The notes: generated from the sequence alone by a model not told the origin. Positions 9,984-20,264 are shown, counted from the first letter of the stretch. The stretch is DNA of 64,000 nucleotides from Bdellovibrionota bacterium (GCA_041739995.1 JBGSMV010000080.1:42845-106844), one strand, 5' to 3'. Translations and numbers: made by a program.

Positions 9984-10916
9984 TTAGGTGAACGCGCAGC
10001 CTATTCCTGCTCCTGGATACCAGTGAGATTCTGGGCGCTCAGGAAAGAAGAGGAACTTCCTGCCCGTGCGGGAGGCGAACTGATAGAGACTCTCTGATGA
10101 GTGGGCGTTGTCACCAAGGACAATGGCGTGGTCAGTGAGCATAGATCTGATGGTGTCATATTCTCGTGCCTCGTACTCGGCCGAGTGATCGCTATCATTG
10201 ATAAACAGGTCGATTCGCTGATTTAGAGACTTGAGCGATTCGATAGAATCCCCGTACACGATCTTCCCTACCTCACTGTATTTGCCCTGAAGGAGGTATC
10301 CTGCCTGAGGATTGATATCGGTCCCAATGTAGACTCCCGGCGCACCTTCAGCCGCGTTTCGAAGCAGGGCAGAAGCCAAGACGACGGATCCTAATCCTTG
10401 CTCGACTCCTGTTTCGACGATTACTCTGGGCTTCATGGCGCGCGCAATCGCGTACCATCCCAGGCGACGTCCAAAATCGAACTGTGGATCAATCCCCATG
10501 TACACACCGGGTTGATTGACGAGCGTTGAGATATGCTTTCGAATCTCAGAATCTTGATCGAGCTCGGCAATGTACTGATGGACTCTCTCTGGGGAGGTCC
10601 GCGCAATAACTGCCACAAAGGCAGCTAAATAGTTCTTGTTTGTCTGATTAATCGCGTAGGTAAAGTTTGAGCCTTCTTGCGAACGAAACAGCCAAGAAAA
10701 GATATCTTTCAGCGAAGGCTCGAAATAGGTCATGGCGACATGGAGGCGCGCTTCGAACTCTTGTGCCTGGCGGTCGGAGCACGTCAGCCCTTTATTGGTG
10801 GCCTCCGAAGCACAATGCACCAGGATCTTCTCGAACGCCTTTTGAAAAAGGCCTAAAGCGTGCCCAGCCGTCGGTGAGACTGAGAACTCTGTAGATTGAG
10901 CGGCTTGATTGGTCAT
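9984..10916 (-). CDS. Class I SAM-dependent methyltransferase (Methyltransf_24-like)
   Basis: KPRVIVETGVEQGLGS, GDSIESL, IDLFINDSDH, LGDN. Confidence 0.8.
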   Translation of the reverse strand: MTNQAAQSTEFSVSPTAGHALGLFQKAFEKILVHCASEATNKGLTCSDRQAQEFEARLHVAMTYFEPSLKDIFSWLFRSQEGSNFTYAINQTNKNYLAAFVAVIARTSPERVHQYIAELDQDSEIRKHISTLVNQPGVYMGIDPQFDFGRRLGWYAIARAMKPRVIVETGVEQGLGSVVLASALLRNAAEGAPGVYIGTDINPQAGYLLQGKYSEVGKIVYGDSIESLKSLNQRIDLFINDSDHSAEYEAREYDTIRSMLTDHAIVLGDNAHSSESLYQFASRTGRKFLFFPERPESHWYPGAGIGCAFT

Positions 10917-10965
10917 AGCAATTTCCTAGGGGTCCTCGATAGGGTCAAAAGGTTTAGATGACTCA

Positions 10966-12135
10966 TCAAGATGAGAGTTTCACCGAACTAGGAAGGTTAA
11001 TAATTCTGCCCACCGCCTGCTCAGTGGTAGAGAGGTCCATTCGAGGGCAGGCCGCGTACATGGGTAGCGTATGCAGAGGCTCCCACGCAGGTCGAACAAA
11101 GATATTCTGGGCAACAGCCTCGTTTATAAGGGAATCACGGAGACCTATATTTGGCTCATCAAGAAGCGCCGTATTCAACCAGTAGTTGCTTTTGGCGTAC
11201 GAGGGCTCTTGAAAAATTGTGAGGCCCGAGACACCCCGAAACAACTCCAGGTAGCGTTGAGCGAGCGTCCGCTTACGACCGAGAAAGCCAGGAAGCTGCT
11301 CCAATTGAGCCACTCCTAGCGCGGCGTTGATGTTGGGCAAGCGGTAATTGTATCCAACTTCATCATGGGCATACCGCCAGGCATGCGGAACTCGAGCCGT
11401 TGTCGTGATATGCTTAAGGCGTGTGGCCAGCCGCTCGTCATTTGTCAGTATTGCTCCGCCGCCACCCGTCGTAATGGTTTTATTCCCATTGAAGCTCAAT
11501 GCCGTCATTACTCCGTGGCTTCCGCTATGCCGCCCTCTATAGAGTGAACCAAGAGACTCAGCAGCATCCTCTATCAACGGAATTCTATATTTTTCGCTCA
11601 CGGCTTTTAGGGCGTCCAGATCGACGGGGTGGCCGAAGCAGTGCATCACTATCAACGCTGCAATTCGTCGCCCAGACTGGCGATTACGAAATCCTTCCTT
11701 CTCGAGCGTCCCAACGCGATCGAGGTATGCGTCAAGTTTCTGTGCATCGATACCCAAGGATCCCATTTCAATATCTGCGAAATGACACTGAGCGCCGCAG
11801 TACGCAACGCTGTTAGCTGTCGCGATAAAGGTCAACGAGGGAAGCAGTACTTCGTCGAGGGAGGTAACCCCAAGCACTCTTAGGATCGCGTGCAGTGCCG
11901 ACGTCCCGTTTGCCACTGCAACTCCAAACTTGGTTCCCGCATATGAGGCGAGCTCCCTCTCATAACGGTCAACGAACGGCCCCACCGAGGAAACCCACCC
12001 AGTATCTAGACACTCTTTCACGTAGCGCCATTCATTTCCCTCAAAACACGGCTCGTGAAGCGCATATAAAGTTTGTGGATCGGGACAAACCTCACGCAAG
12101 GCTTCGACAAATCTTTGAGGCAGGCTGTCACTCAT
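10966..12135 (-). CDS. legC: LegC-family PLP aminotransferase (DegT/DnrJ/EryC1/StrS)
   Basis: LHEPCFEGNE, GWVSSVG, EDAAESLGS, SFNGNKTITTGGGG, GYNYRLPNINAALG. Confidence 0.93.
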   Translation of the reverse strand: MSDSLPQRFVEALREVCPDPQTLYALHEPCFEGNEWRYVKECLDTGWVSSVGPFVDRYERELASYAGTKFGVAVANGTSALHAILRVLGVTSLDEVLLPSLTFIATANSVAYCGAQCHFADIEMGSLGIDAQKLDAYLDRVGTLEKEGFRNRQSGRRIAALIVMHCFGHPVDLDALKAVSEKYRIPLIEDAAESLGSLYRGRHSGSHGVMTALSFNGNKTITTGGGGAILTNDERLATRLKHITTTARVPHAWRYAHDEVGYNYRLPNINAALGVAQLEQLPGFLGRKRTLAQRYLELFRGVSGLTIFQEPSYAKSNYWLNTALLDEPNIGLRDSLINEAVAQNIFVRPAWEPLHTLPMYAACPRMDLSTTEQAVGRIINLPSSVKLSS

Positions 12136-12233
12136 GTGCTAAGTTTATATTGTGTCCCATCAATCCCGAAAGTAATCTTTGCAGGCTTTGGTTCCGAAGC
12201 GCCCCTATCAGCCGTTAGAAAAGATTGGTTTCT

Positions 12234-13244
12234 ATGAGTTTGAAAAATAAAAAGGTCCTTGTCACCGGTGCAGGCGGCTTCATTGGTAGCCACTTAACTG
12301 AGGCCTTAGTCGCTCAAGGAGCCTCAGTGAAAGCCTTTGTTCACTATAACGCTCTTGATTCAAGAGGATGGCTCGACTCCATCGACTCCAAGATTGCGCC
12401 ACACATCGAGGTAATCTCAAGTGACATTCGTGACCCTACGGCTGTACGCAACGCCGCAAAAGGCATGAATGTGGTGTTTCACCTCGCGGCACTAATCGGC
12501 ATTCCCTTTTCATACGAGGCGCCGGATCTCTACGTGGATACAAATGTGCGCGGAACGCTCAATGTGCTGCAAGCAGGTCGAGAACTGGGTACCGAGCGCC
12601 TAGTGGTCACCTCAACAAGCGAGGTATACGGCTCAGCTCAATCGGTGCCTATGACCGAAGCGCACCCGCTGCACCCACAATCGCCCTACGCGGCAAGCAA
12701 GGTCGGCGCGGATCAACTAGCGCTTTCATTCCATCGCTCCTTCGCTACACCAGTGACTGTCGTTCGCCCATTCAACACTTACGGGCCACGCCAATCTTCG
12801 AGAGCCGTTCTGCCCACCGTCATTAGCCAAATCGTAAAGGGAGCAAAGACGCTAAAACTTGGCGCCCTTGCTCCCACGAGGGATTTCTCCTTTGTAAGTG
12901 ACACCACCAGCGCCTTTATCACCGCAGCCACCAACGAACGCGCCATCGGAGAGGTGATTCATTTTGGGAGCGGATTTGAAATTTCCGTGGGCGATGCGGC
13001 GCGTCTTATCGCTCGCCTCATGGACTGTGAAGTTCAGATTGAGGAAGAAAATGTCAGAGTGCGCCCTTCTACCAGTGAAGTTGACAGACTTTTCGCCGAT
13101 ATCGGTAAGGCTCGCGAACTTTTGGGATGGCAACCAGCTTTTTCTGGGCTCGAAGGCTTCGGACGTGGCCTTAAAGAGACCATCACTTGGTTTAGCAATC
13201 CAGCGAACACTCAACGATACAGAGCTAATCACTACGCGATATAG
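12234..13244 (+). CDS. legB: NAD-dependent 4,6-dehydratase LegB
   Basis: VTGAGGFIGSHL, HLAALIGIPFSY, TSTSEVYG, SPYAASK, RPFNTYGPRQS. Confidence 0.92.
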   Translation: MSLKNKKVLVTGAGGFIGSHLTEALVAQGASVKAFVHYNALDSRGWLDSIDSKIAPHIEVISSDIRDPTAVRNAAKGMNVVFHLAALIGIPFSYEAPDLYVDTNVRGTLNVLQAGRELGTERLVVTSTSEVYGSAQSVPMTEAHPLHPQSPYAASKVGADQLALSFHRSFATPVTVVRPFNTYGPRQSSRAVLPTVISQIVKGAKTLKLGALAPTRDFSFVSDTTSAFITAATNERAIGEVIHFGSGFEISVGDAARLIARLMDCEVQIEEENVRVRPSTSEVDRLFADIGKARELLGWQPAFSGLEGFGRGLKETITWFSNPANTQRYRANHYAI

Positions 13245-13255
13245 AAAAACGCTCA

Positions 13256-14236
13256 CTAGGAGAAATGGGGGTGCCCCTGCCTCGCTTTTGCCTCGTAGGC
13301 TTGAGACATTTCGTCAAGAACGTTCAATGTTTTCTTACTCAATCCCTTCGCAAGCGCTTCTCGTCGATCGGTACGGCCCGAGGAAGGCTCTTTGCCCGGT
13401 AATTTTTCCCTCTTCTTAATCATCTCCATCGAAGGGAGGACAGGCTGCTGTAAGAACTTGGCCAAACGATCAACCTCAGCATCAGGAGAAACAACCAAAT
13501 CTTCGTATCGCAATTGAAAGACTTTCTCCTTCTCTGATGCCGCAAGCCGGGTCCATCGATCTTCCGAACGCTGAGCAATGGTGGCGATCGACCGAACAAC
13601 TCGCTCCTCGGCCGAAACATCTGCATAGTCCTCAGCCCAATCTAAGGCGAACCAAGGCACCAACCCCTTCCCCTTTTTGAACGGAATGACGAAGCCCTTA
13701 GGGTCCGTTCCCCAGCGCCCACCCCAACCACGCTGCAACCAAGAAAAACAAAGATCCAAGGGGTGCCGATCTAAACGCACGACTCGAAGCTCCGGAAGGA
13801 AAGAGAAGAACAGATCGATGAAGGGGAGAACTTCGTGCATCACATAGGGGAGATAAGGAGGGTCCGATTGAAGCTTTGCCATGACCTCGGTGTCGTCCGA
13901 GCTTAAGCAGCGCTGGAGGTAGTCAGCAAAACGAGGCGACTGAACAACCGAAGATTTGTCCGATAGTCTGAAGTTCAGACCTCGACCAACCATTAAATCA
14001 TACGCGGTGTTGTCGAACTGAACTTGCAACAGAGAAGTCGCCGTTTCCCTTGAAATTTTTCCGAACGACTCAAGGAACGGGACATGCTCAAAAATACTGT
14101 GGTATTGAAAGTGCTCAACATTCGAGATACCTGACAGCACGTTGGACACGAGAAACTTTCCGGAGCGAGTAACTCCTTCTACGAATAATATGCGCTCCAC
14201 CAACCGAGCGCGATCTCCTAGCGGATAAGATTTCAT
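13256..14236 (-). CDS. Sulfotransferase family protein
   Basis: 5'-PSB-like GVTRSGK, 3'-PB-like RHPLDLCFSW, LRYEDLV. Confidence 0.78.
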   Translation of the reverse strand: MKSYPLGDRARLVERILFVEGVTRSGKFLVSNVLSGISNVEHFQYHSIFEHVPFLESFGKISRETATSLLQVQFDNTAYDLMVGRGLNFRLSDKSSVVQSPRFADYLQRCLSSDDTEVMAKLQSDPPYLPYVMHEVLPFIDLFFSFLPELRVVRLDRHPLDLCFSWLQRGWGGRWGTDPKGFVIPFKKGKGLVPWFALDWAEDYADVSAEERVVRSIATIAQRSEDRWTRLAASEKEKVFQLRYEDLVVSPDAEVDRLAKFLQQPVLPSMEMIKKREKLPGKEPSSGRTDRREALAKGLSKKTLNVLDEMSQAYEAKARQGHPHFS

Positions 14237-14245
14237 AGATTCTAA

Positions 14246-16513
14246 CTATTCAGTAAAGACTTTGCGGCCAATAGCTATTTCGGAAAGCAAATAATTGGAA
14301 ATTTCAGGCCTCACCAACCATTCAGGCGGTCGCTCTCCTTTCAAGAGACTGGAACGCAGCTCGGTGCCACTAAGCGCCATAAACGATTCCTCGGCAGAGG
14401 TTCGTTCGCCATAAGCACCTTTCGCTGCCAAATACCCCACTTCGTCAAAAAATATTGGCTTAATGTCAAGATCAGGAAACTCTTCGAATATGCGCCGTGC
14501 TGCGTCCTTTGCGTAGAACGACCCCACTCCCGCATGGTCCCTTCCCACAATGAAGTGAGAACACCCAAAATTCTGCCGACAGAGCGCCGTGAATACTGCC
14601 TCTCTTGGTCCTGCAAATCGCGAATATGAAGCAAAAGTGGAGAATAAGACCTTGTTCTCTGGGTAGTGCGCCCGCAAAAGAATCGAGTACGCACGAATAA
14701 TTGCCTCTGCTTCAAAGTCGCCCGCCTTTCGTTGGCCCACCACTGGATGGATAAATAGGCCATCACACTCCCCACGTATCATCGCCTCGTGATGAAGATA
14801 CTCATGGGAGCGATGAGGTACGTTGCGCGAATGAAATCCTACTACTCGAGTCCAACCGCGACTCTCGAAAATCTTGCGGACTTGAAGCGGTGTAAGTTCG
14901 AAATTCTTTTGCTTCGCAGGAGGTCTACTAAAAAGTGATACTCTGCCGGCCACCGAAAAGCTTCCCCCGCCGAGTATTCGAGCAACCCCCGGGTGTTTAG
15001 AATCAACGGTGCCAAACCAATCACGACAGAGGTCCTCTACCTTAAGTGGGAAGACCTCTGAAACATGCAACAGCCCAAACGGGACTTGATCTCCCTCCGA
15101 TACCAACTTAATCACTGGGGCGCTGCCAAAACTCCGTGCCCGCGCTTCCTCTACCTGAAGAAGGATCGGCATCGGCCAAATCTTCCCACCCGGAAGACGC
15201 TTATTTGCCAGAACCGAAGCGAGCTCTTCGGGCCCCATGAACCCTTGAAGTGGACTATAGGTGCCGATAGCGAGCTGCTCAGCGTCCATCGCTTGCTCGA
15301 TACGAAGCTCCAACGCCGGAAGTGACGCCAAATAATCCTGGGGAGGAGGTCTCTGTAAAAGTCTATCGACGAGCTGTCCTCCGTGTGGACGAATAAGGCT
15401 GGCACCTACCGTGGGGCTAGTTAAAAATTTCGAGCGCTCGAGAACTTGTATCAGTTCTTGAGTGCCTCCTCTCATTTCATCAGTCGAACCAAGGAAGAAC
15501 AGAGTCTGCTTCCCTACGGTTTGAATTAAATTGATAGCCTCAATCGGGTGCTTCCCGACCGCTGTCTCAGCTGCCAAGACCAAGCCATCTGCGCCGTCGA
15601 CAAGCGTATTAACGATATCATTGATCTCGGCCCGACTGGGCTTGAGACTGGCCATCATAGTGTCTAAGAAATTGGTGGCAACAAATACGGGTATGCGCTT
15701 ACCGTTTGCTCGATGGATGATAATCTTTTGCGCAAACGCTACCCTTTCAAGAGGGACTTCTCGGCTAAGATCTCCTCGATCAATCAGGATGCCATCGGAG
15801 CAATCAAGTATTGAATCTAGGTTCTCTACCGCTCGCTTGGTCTCAATTTTACTGATTACAGTTGCCTCAGGGTAGAGCTCTCGCACTTCCTGAACGTCTT
15901 CACGAGAGTTGACAAAGGAAAGGTTGAGAAGCGTAATTCCGTGTCTACGAGAAATTTCTATCGCTGCTCTATCCTTCTCACTCAGCGCCGGCAGTTGAAA
16001 CTGCTGGTTCTCTACAGAGACCGCTTTATTGTTACCAACGTCTCCTCCCGTAATTACAGTGCACTCCACGTAACCAGCACCACTCAGGTCCGTGAGGCTG
16101 TCGACTCGTAGAATAGCAGTGTCAAAGTCAACGAATATAAGGTCACCAACTCTCAGACTTGCGACCGCTTCCGCCGGCCTCAGAAACAACTGACTTGAGC
16201 TGCACTTGACGGCCTTACGGTATAGGCGCAGCGAATCTCCAGTGCGAAGAGCTACCTTGGCGACCCCTAGGTCCCCGGTACGAATCTGGCACCCTTCGGT
16301 GTCAACAATGATAGGTGTAGAGATCTCGTTTCTTATCGCGCGGATCGTTGTTTCGAGATCTTCGATCTTGGTATGTGACAAATTGATACGCACATAATCC
16401 ACATCCCTAGCCGCGATTTTGCGAAGCATTTCCGCTGAAGACGTAGAGGGTCCCAAAGTGACGATGAGCTGCATTGCTCCGCCCTTCTCGCTCCGAACCG
16501 GTAACTTCGCCAT
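14246..16513 (-). CDS. sat: Pyruvate-kinase-like domain fused to sulfate adenylyltransferase (ATP sulfurylase)
   Basis: N-half: VTLGPS, RINLSH, SKIE, DRGDL, PSRAE, AETAVG; C-half: PHGGQL, SPLQGFM, HSRNVPHRSHE, GPREA, HFIVGRDHAG; AAGGAG RBS before ATG 16513 (alternative start 16474). Confidence 0.92.
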   Translation of the reverse strand: MAKLPVRSEKGGAMQLIVTLGPSTSSAEMLRKIAARDVDYVRINLSHTKIEDLETTIRAIRNEISTPIIVDTEGCQIRTGDLGVAKVALRTGDSLRLYRKAVKCSSSQLFLRPAEAVASLRVGDLIFVDFDTAILRVDSLTDLSGAGYVECTVITGGDVGNNKAVSVENQQFQLPALSEKDRAAIEISRRHGITLLNLSFVNSREDVQEVRELYPEATVISKIETKRAVENLDSILDCSDGILIDRGDLSREVPLERVAFAQKIIIHRANGKRIPVFVATNFLDTMMASLKPSRAEINDIVNTLVDGADGLVLAAETAVGKHPIEAINLIQTVGKQTLFFLGSTDEMRGGTQELIQVLERSKFLTSPTVGASLIRPHGGQLVDRLLQRPPPQDYLASLPALELRIEQAMDAEQLAIGTYSPLQGFMGPEELASVLANKRLPGGKIWPMPILLQVEEARARSFGSAPVIKLVSEGDQVPFGLLHVSEVFPLKVEDLCRDWFGTVDSKHPGVARILGGGSFSVAGRVSLFSRPPAKQKNFELTPLQVRKIFESRGWTRVVGFHSRNVPHRSHEYLHHEAMIRGECDGLFIHPVVGQRKAGDFEAEAIIRAYSILLRAHYPENKVLFSTFASYSRFAGPREAVFTALCRQNFGCSHFIVGRDHAGVGSFYAKDAARRIFEEFPDLDIKPIFFDEVGYLAAKGAYGERTSAEESFMALSGTELRSSLLKGERPPEWLVRPEISNYLLSEIAIGRKVFTE

Positions 16514-16609
16514 ATCTCTCCTTCTCTCGCCTACCGCATGGAAACATGCCACGCCCGAACAAGAGAGCGCCTTAACATGATGCCTCAATGAAAGTGTGTT
16601 TGAAAGTGG

Positions 16610-17887
16610 CTATGGAGCAGGTGTTAGTGTCAGCAAGGGCTCCCGCTGACGAGCGACTCCAAGCCAAAGCGCGGCAAGCACCGAAGTAACCACAGCGCTC
16701 AGAATCAAAGTGCAGGCGAACTCAGATGAAATAGCCCCTGCGGCAAGCGCCGTGGTCGCAAGCACAATCCCGGGCCCCCCACGTGCATTCATGCACACTC
16801 CGAAAGTAATGGCAGTAGAGGTACTCAACCCGTTAAAACGGGCACTCACAAATGCACCAATTATCTTTAGGGCGCTGGTCGCAAAGAGGAACAGAACAAA
16901 CTGTGACAGTATGAAGTTCTCGCCAAGATGAAGGTTGAGCCCAACAAGAAAGAAGTAGACTGGCGCAAAATAAGCCATCACTATTTCTCGAAAGTGCTCG
17001 TGGGCCCGTTGCACACTTGCTTGGTCACAGGCTCGCGCTCCGATGCCGCCAAAAAATGCTCCGATGGATGGGTCAATACCTCCAAGGCGGGCGGCGGCTG
17101 CACACACCAGGCAAGCGATAATCAGAATGCTTAGAGGCGCAGGCTCAGGGGCATCTTGTTGAGTTGCCGATGAAATAGCACGATGAATACGGGAGCGCAG
17201 TTTGAGCACTTGGGCCAACAGCCTGGGCACCAAAAAAGGAAAGAGAAATACGAACACCAAGAAGGGCGCTCGAAATAGCATATCCATCCAGGTTGTCTCT
17301 GCTGCACCTGCTTGAATGGAGAAAGCCACGGCCAGCACTGCCTAAAGTAGGAGATCCTCTAACGTCGCGGTCGCAAGCACAATTCGTGCAAACCGCGTCT
17401 GAAGGATTCCAAGATCCATAAAGATTCTGGTGATGACAGGGATTGATGTCACGGAGGCGGCTATAGCAATCATCAATAGCAACGAGACAGGGTCGCACTT
17501 CACTCCGCATAGAGTCTGATAATCAAGCGCGGGGACGATGAGCAATGCGGCCATAAAGGGAAGCACCGCGCTTCCGATCGCGAGTCCAAAGATCGTCTTA
17601 CCCTCCTTTCCAATCGATTTTCGACCTATTTCAAATCCGGCAACAAACATCAAAAGCACTGTACCGAGAGCACTCAGCAGAATAAAAACTGGGTTGGACT
17701 GAGCATTCTCCCCCCACAATATGCGGTGAGCTCCTGGAATCAATCGACCTAAGATATCTGTCCCAAGCAAAACGCCGGCGAAGATCTCACCAACCACTCT
17801 TGGAATGCGCACCAGCTGGCACAACTGCCCAAGCCCTAACGCCACCGCAATCGCCACAGCCAGGGTGATGAACACGTCACCTACCAT
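16610..17887 (-). pseudogene. CPA2/Kef-type cation:proton antiporter interrupted by one in-frame TAG (17342-17344)
   Basis: PRVVGEIFAGVLLG, LLMFVAGFE, TSIPVITRI, EDLLL*AVLAV, GAFFGG, PVYFFLVG, MNARG all in one frame. Confidence 0.8.
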
Positions 17888-18884
17888 CCGCCCCCCTGAG
17901 TGAAGACAGAATAACTTTTTCTCCGCTCTCACTTGCTTGCCTGCACGCAGCGATAAGGCGCAGTGTTTGAACTCCTTCGGCAAACGTGACCAGCGGATTC
18001 TCAGCGCCCTGAGCGCATTGAAGAAAGTGTCTCATTTCTTCTAGATACATCTGATTTTTATCAAGTAACGCGGGCGAATAGACTTGTTTTGTTGCTCCGT
18101 TAGCGAGCACCGTTACTATGTGCGAGATCCCATCCCACACAAGCGTCCCTTCCGACCCCACCACTCGACAGACTCGCGTTGGGTGACGCTGAATCATATC
18201 AAGGTGGACTTGCACTCGCAGGCCACTTCCAAACTCGGCAATCAAGTTGACACAGTCCTCTACATCAATATCGAAGGTGCCTGATTTCCACGCGATCCCT
18301 TGAACCGCATGGACGTCTCCGAATAACCATTGAATATAGTCAAGCTCGTGACTGAGCTCCAGTAGTGCCCCTCCCCCAAGCTTGGCTATGGCACTTGCTG
18401 ATTTTGTATAGTCCTTACCGGGCCTCCAATCGGGAAGATATTGGCCAACTTCGGCCGAAGCGCAGACAAGCTTTCCAACAATGCCCTGCTCAAGAGATCG
18501 CTTGAATGCTCGCAATGAACTTGAGAATCGAAGGTGATACCCAACTAAGCAGATAGCCTCGCAACGCTCCAGGATTTTCGAAACTTCTGATATCCCTTCA
18601 TCGGAATGCGAAAGCGGTTTCTCCACTAAGGTGTGAATGCCGGCAGACAGTAATTCCTTTAAATAGGCAAGATGGGTACTGGAAGGCGAAGCGATGATTG
18701 CGCCATGCAAGGGGGCGGTCAGCGCTTCAGCGATTGAGCTAACTGACTGGTCAGCAAACTCGATACTACCAACACTTCGCACCGAGGGCAGTACAAGTAT
18801 ATGAGCCGCTGGAACCAAGGCCCTAAGATTATTCGCGTGACGTCGCGCGATGTTTCCGGCGCCCACTATCAGAAACCGAGACAA
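17877..18884 (-). CDS. Gfo/Idh/MocA oxidoreductase (PtmF/ElaA-like)
   Basis: IVGAGNIARRH, LVEKPL, VGYHLRF, GQYLPDWRP, GGGALLELSHELD. Confidence 0.9.
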   Translation of the reverse strand: MSRFLIVGAGNIARRHANNLRALVPAAHILVLPSVRSVGSIEFADQSVSSIAEALTAPLHGAIIASPSSTHLAYLKELLSAGIHTLVEKPLSHSDEGISEVSKILERCEAICLVGYHLRFSSSLRAFKRSLEQGIVGKLVCASAEVGQYLPDWRPGKDYTKSASAIAKLGGGALLELSHELDYIQWLFGDVHAVQGIAWKSGTFDIDVEDCVNLIAEFGSGLRVQVHLDMIQRHPTRVCRVVGSEGTLVWDGISHIVTVLANGATKQVYSPALLDKNQMYLEEMRHFLQCAQGAENPLVTFAEGVQTLRLIAACRQASESGEKVILSSLRGADGR

Positions 18885-18902
18885 ACGAACCTCTCTGTAA
18901 CT

Positions 18903-19814
18903 TCATGAGTTAAACGACATCGCACAGTGCATCTGCGGCTCTTGGGCTGTGACCACAGCCCCGCGAGCGAGCATTGAGTAGAACTCCCTTATGGTTTCCT
19001 CGATCGAACAAAAGAAGTGGTTCTTCTTTGGTGAACGAACTGCCGTGACACAAAGCTCCCAGTCCCCGCCACGACCATAATGTTGATACAGGTAAGATGT
19101 CATGAACAACCCGTACTTGTTTAGCCAGGAAGCCATTGCGATATGGTCCCACACCGACATGTCATCGGCTCCAAATGCGCCTAGCGAATGCGGTCGACTG
19201 CCGTAGCGCCATGCGGGGACAGCCACTATCAGCGAGCCAGAGCTCTTTAATGATCGACCTGCGAACGAGAAGAAATCATTTGGGTCATAAATATGCTCAA
19301 TCGCGTGGTTGGCGAAAATGAGATCATACTGAACATCTCGCGGCAAATCTTCAACCGTCGGCACAATGCGCGTATGAAAATGTTCGTTTCCAAACGCAGC
19401 TCGACTTCGATCGATTTCGACGCCCCAGAGCGAGTTATGCTGGTTGGCAAGAAATTCAAATGAGCCTCCGATTCCGCATCCGAAATCCAGACAAGTTCCA
19501 TTCGTGATGAGACGCGGATCATGCGCATTCATGACCAACCAGGGGAGGAATCGAATAAGTTGATGCGGCGCAAAGTCGATGTAGCCCGGTGAAATCGAAG
19601 CACCCGAGTTCGCTGCAGAATCTGCGTATGCGCTCTCGAGCTCCGCTCTAGTTGGTCGAGGGCTTTGAAATACATATCCGCAAGATCCGCATAGCTTCCA
19701 TGAAGGGCTATTAGAAATGGCCTTTCCCGCTTCTGAATGAGACCCCGAGGGAAGTTGAAGTCCTATGAGAGAAGCTGAGGCACAGCACGGGCACTCTTGC
19801 AGAGTCAGCGTCAT
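18903..19814 (-). CDS. Class I SAM-dependent methyltransferase with N-terminal Zn-ribbon
   Basis: CPCC...CGSCG, LDFGCGIG, GVEID, HAIEHIYDP. Confidence 0.85.
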   Translation of the reverse strand: MTLTLQECPCCASASLIGLQLPSGSHSEAGKAISNSPSWKLCGSCGYVFQSPRPTRAELESAYADSAANSGASISPGYIDFAPHQLIRFLPWLVMNAHDPRLITNGTCLDFGCGIGGSFEFLANQHNSLWGVEIDRSRAAFGNEHFHTRIVPTVEDLPRDVQYDLIFANHAIEHIYDPNDFFSFAGRSLKSSGSLIVAVPAWRYGSRPHSLGAFGADDMSVWDHIAMASWLNKYGLFMTSYLYQHYGRGGDWELCVTAVRSPKKNHFFCSIEETIREFYSMLARGAVVTAQEPQMHCAMSFNS

Positions 19815-20264
19815 AAAGTCCCTAGAAAATGTTCCGTTCAGAATAAGGCTAAGCTACTAAGATGAGGAAAAACGAGCAACAGATTCAACCGGTTGAGAGT
19901 ACATGCGCGGCCTAGAGGAACCTCACGACGCACCCTAGAGCCACCTGCCCACTCAAAGCTATCCTGGCAATCGACGGCGCGCTTAAAGGTTCTGAGTGGA
20001 ACTACAGTTTTTACCCTTCCTATTCACTAGACGAACGCTCAGGTCCCGACGGCGCAATACGCAAAGCGCACTCGATGAGCCTGAGAAGTGTGGAGCGCAT
20101 CGAAAGGCACTTTGGTCAGCAGTAGCATTCCCGTAGGATTGCCCTCTCCAATAGCATCGAGGCCCTACACCCGGAGAACTCTATGTTACAAGGTGAGTAA
20201 GGCGACTACCCCCTATGAAGTTGACCCCTCAAATGAACTTCGTTTTTTGGGACAAGCGAGAGTT

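Noticed and set aside
17342..17344. Pyrrolysine or alternative genetic code
   Set aside because: Many intact genes here end in TAG, no pyl genes seen; TGG->TAG is simpler
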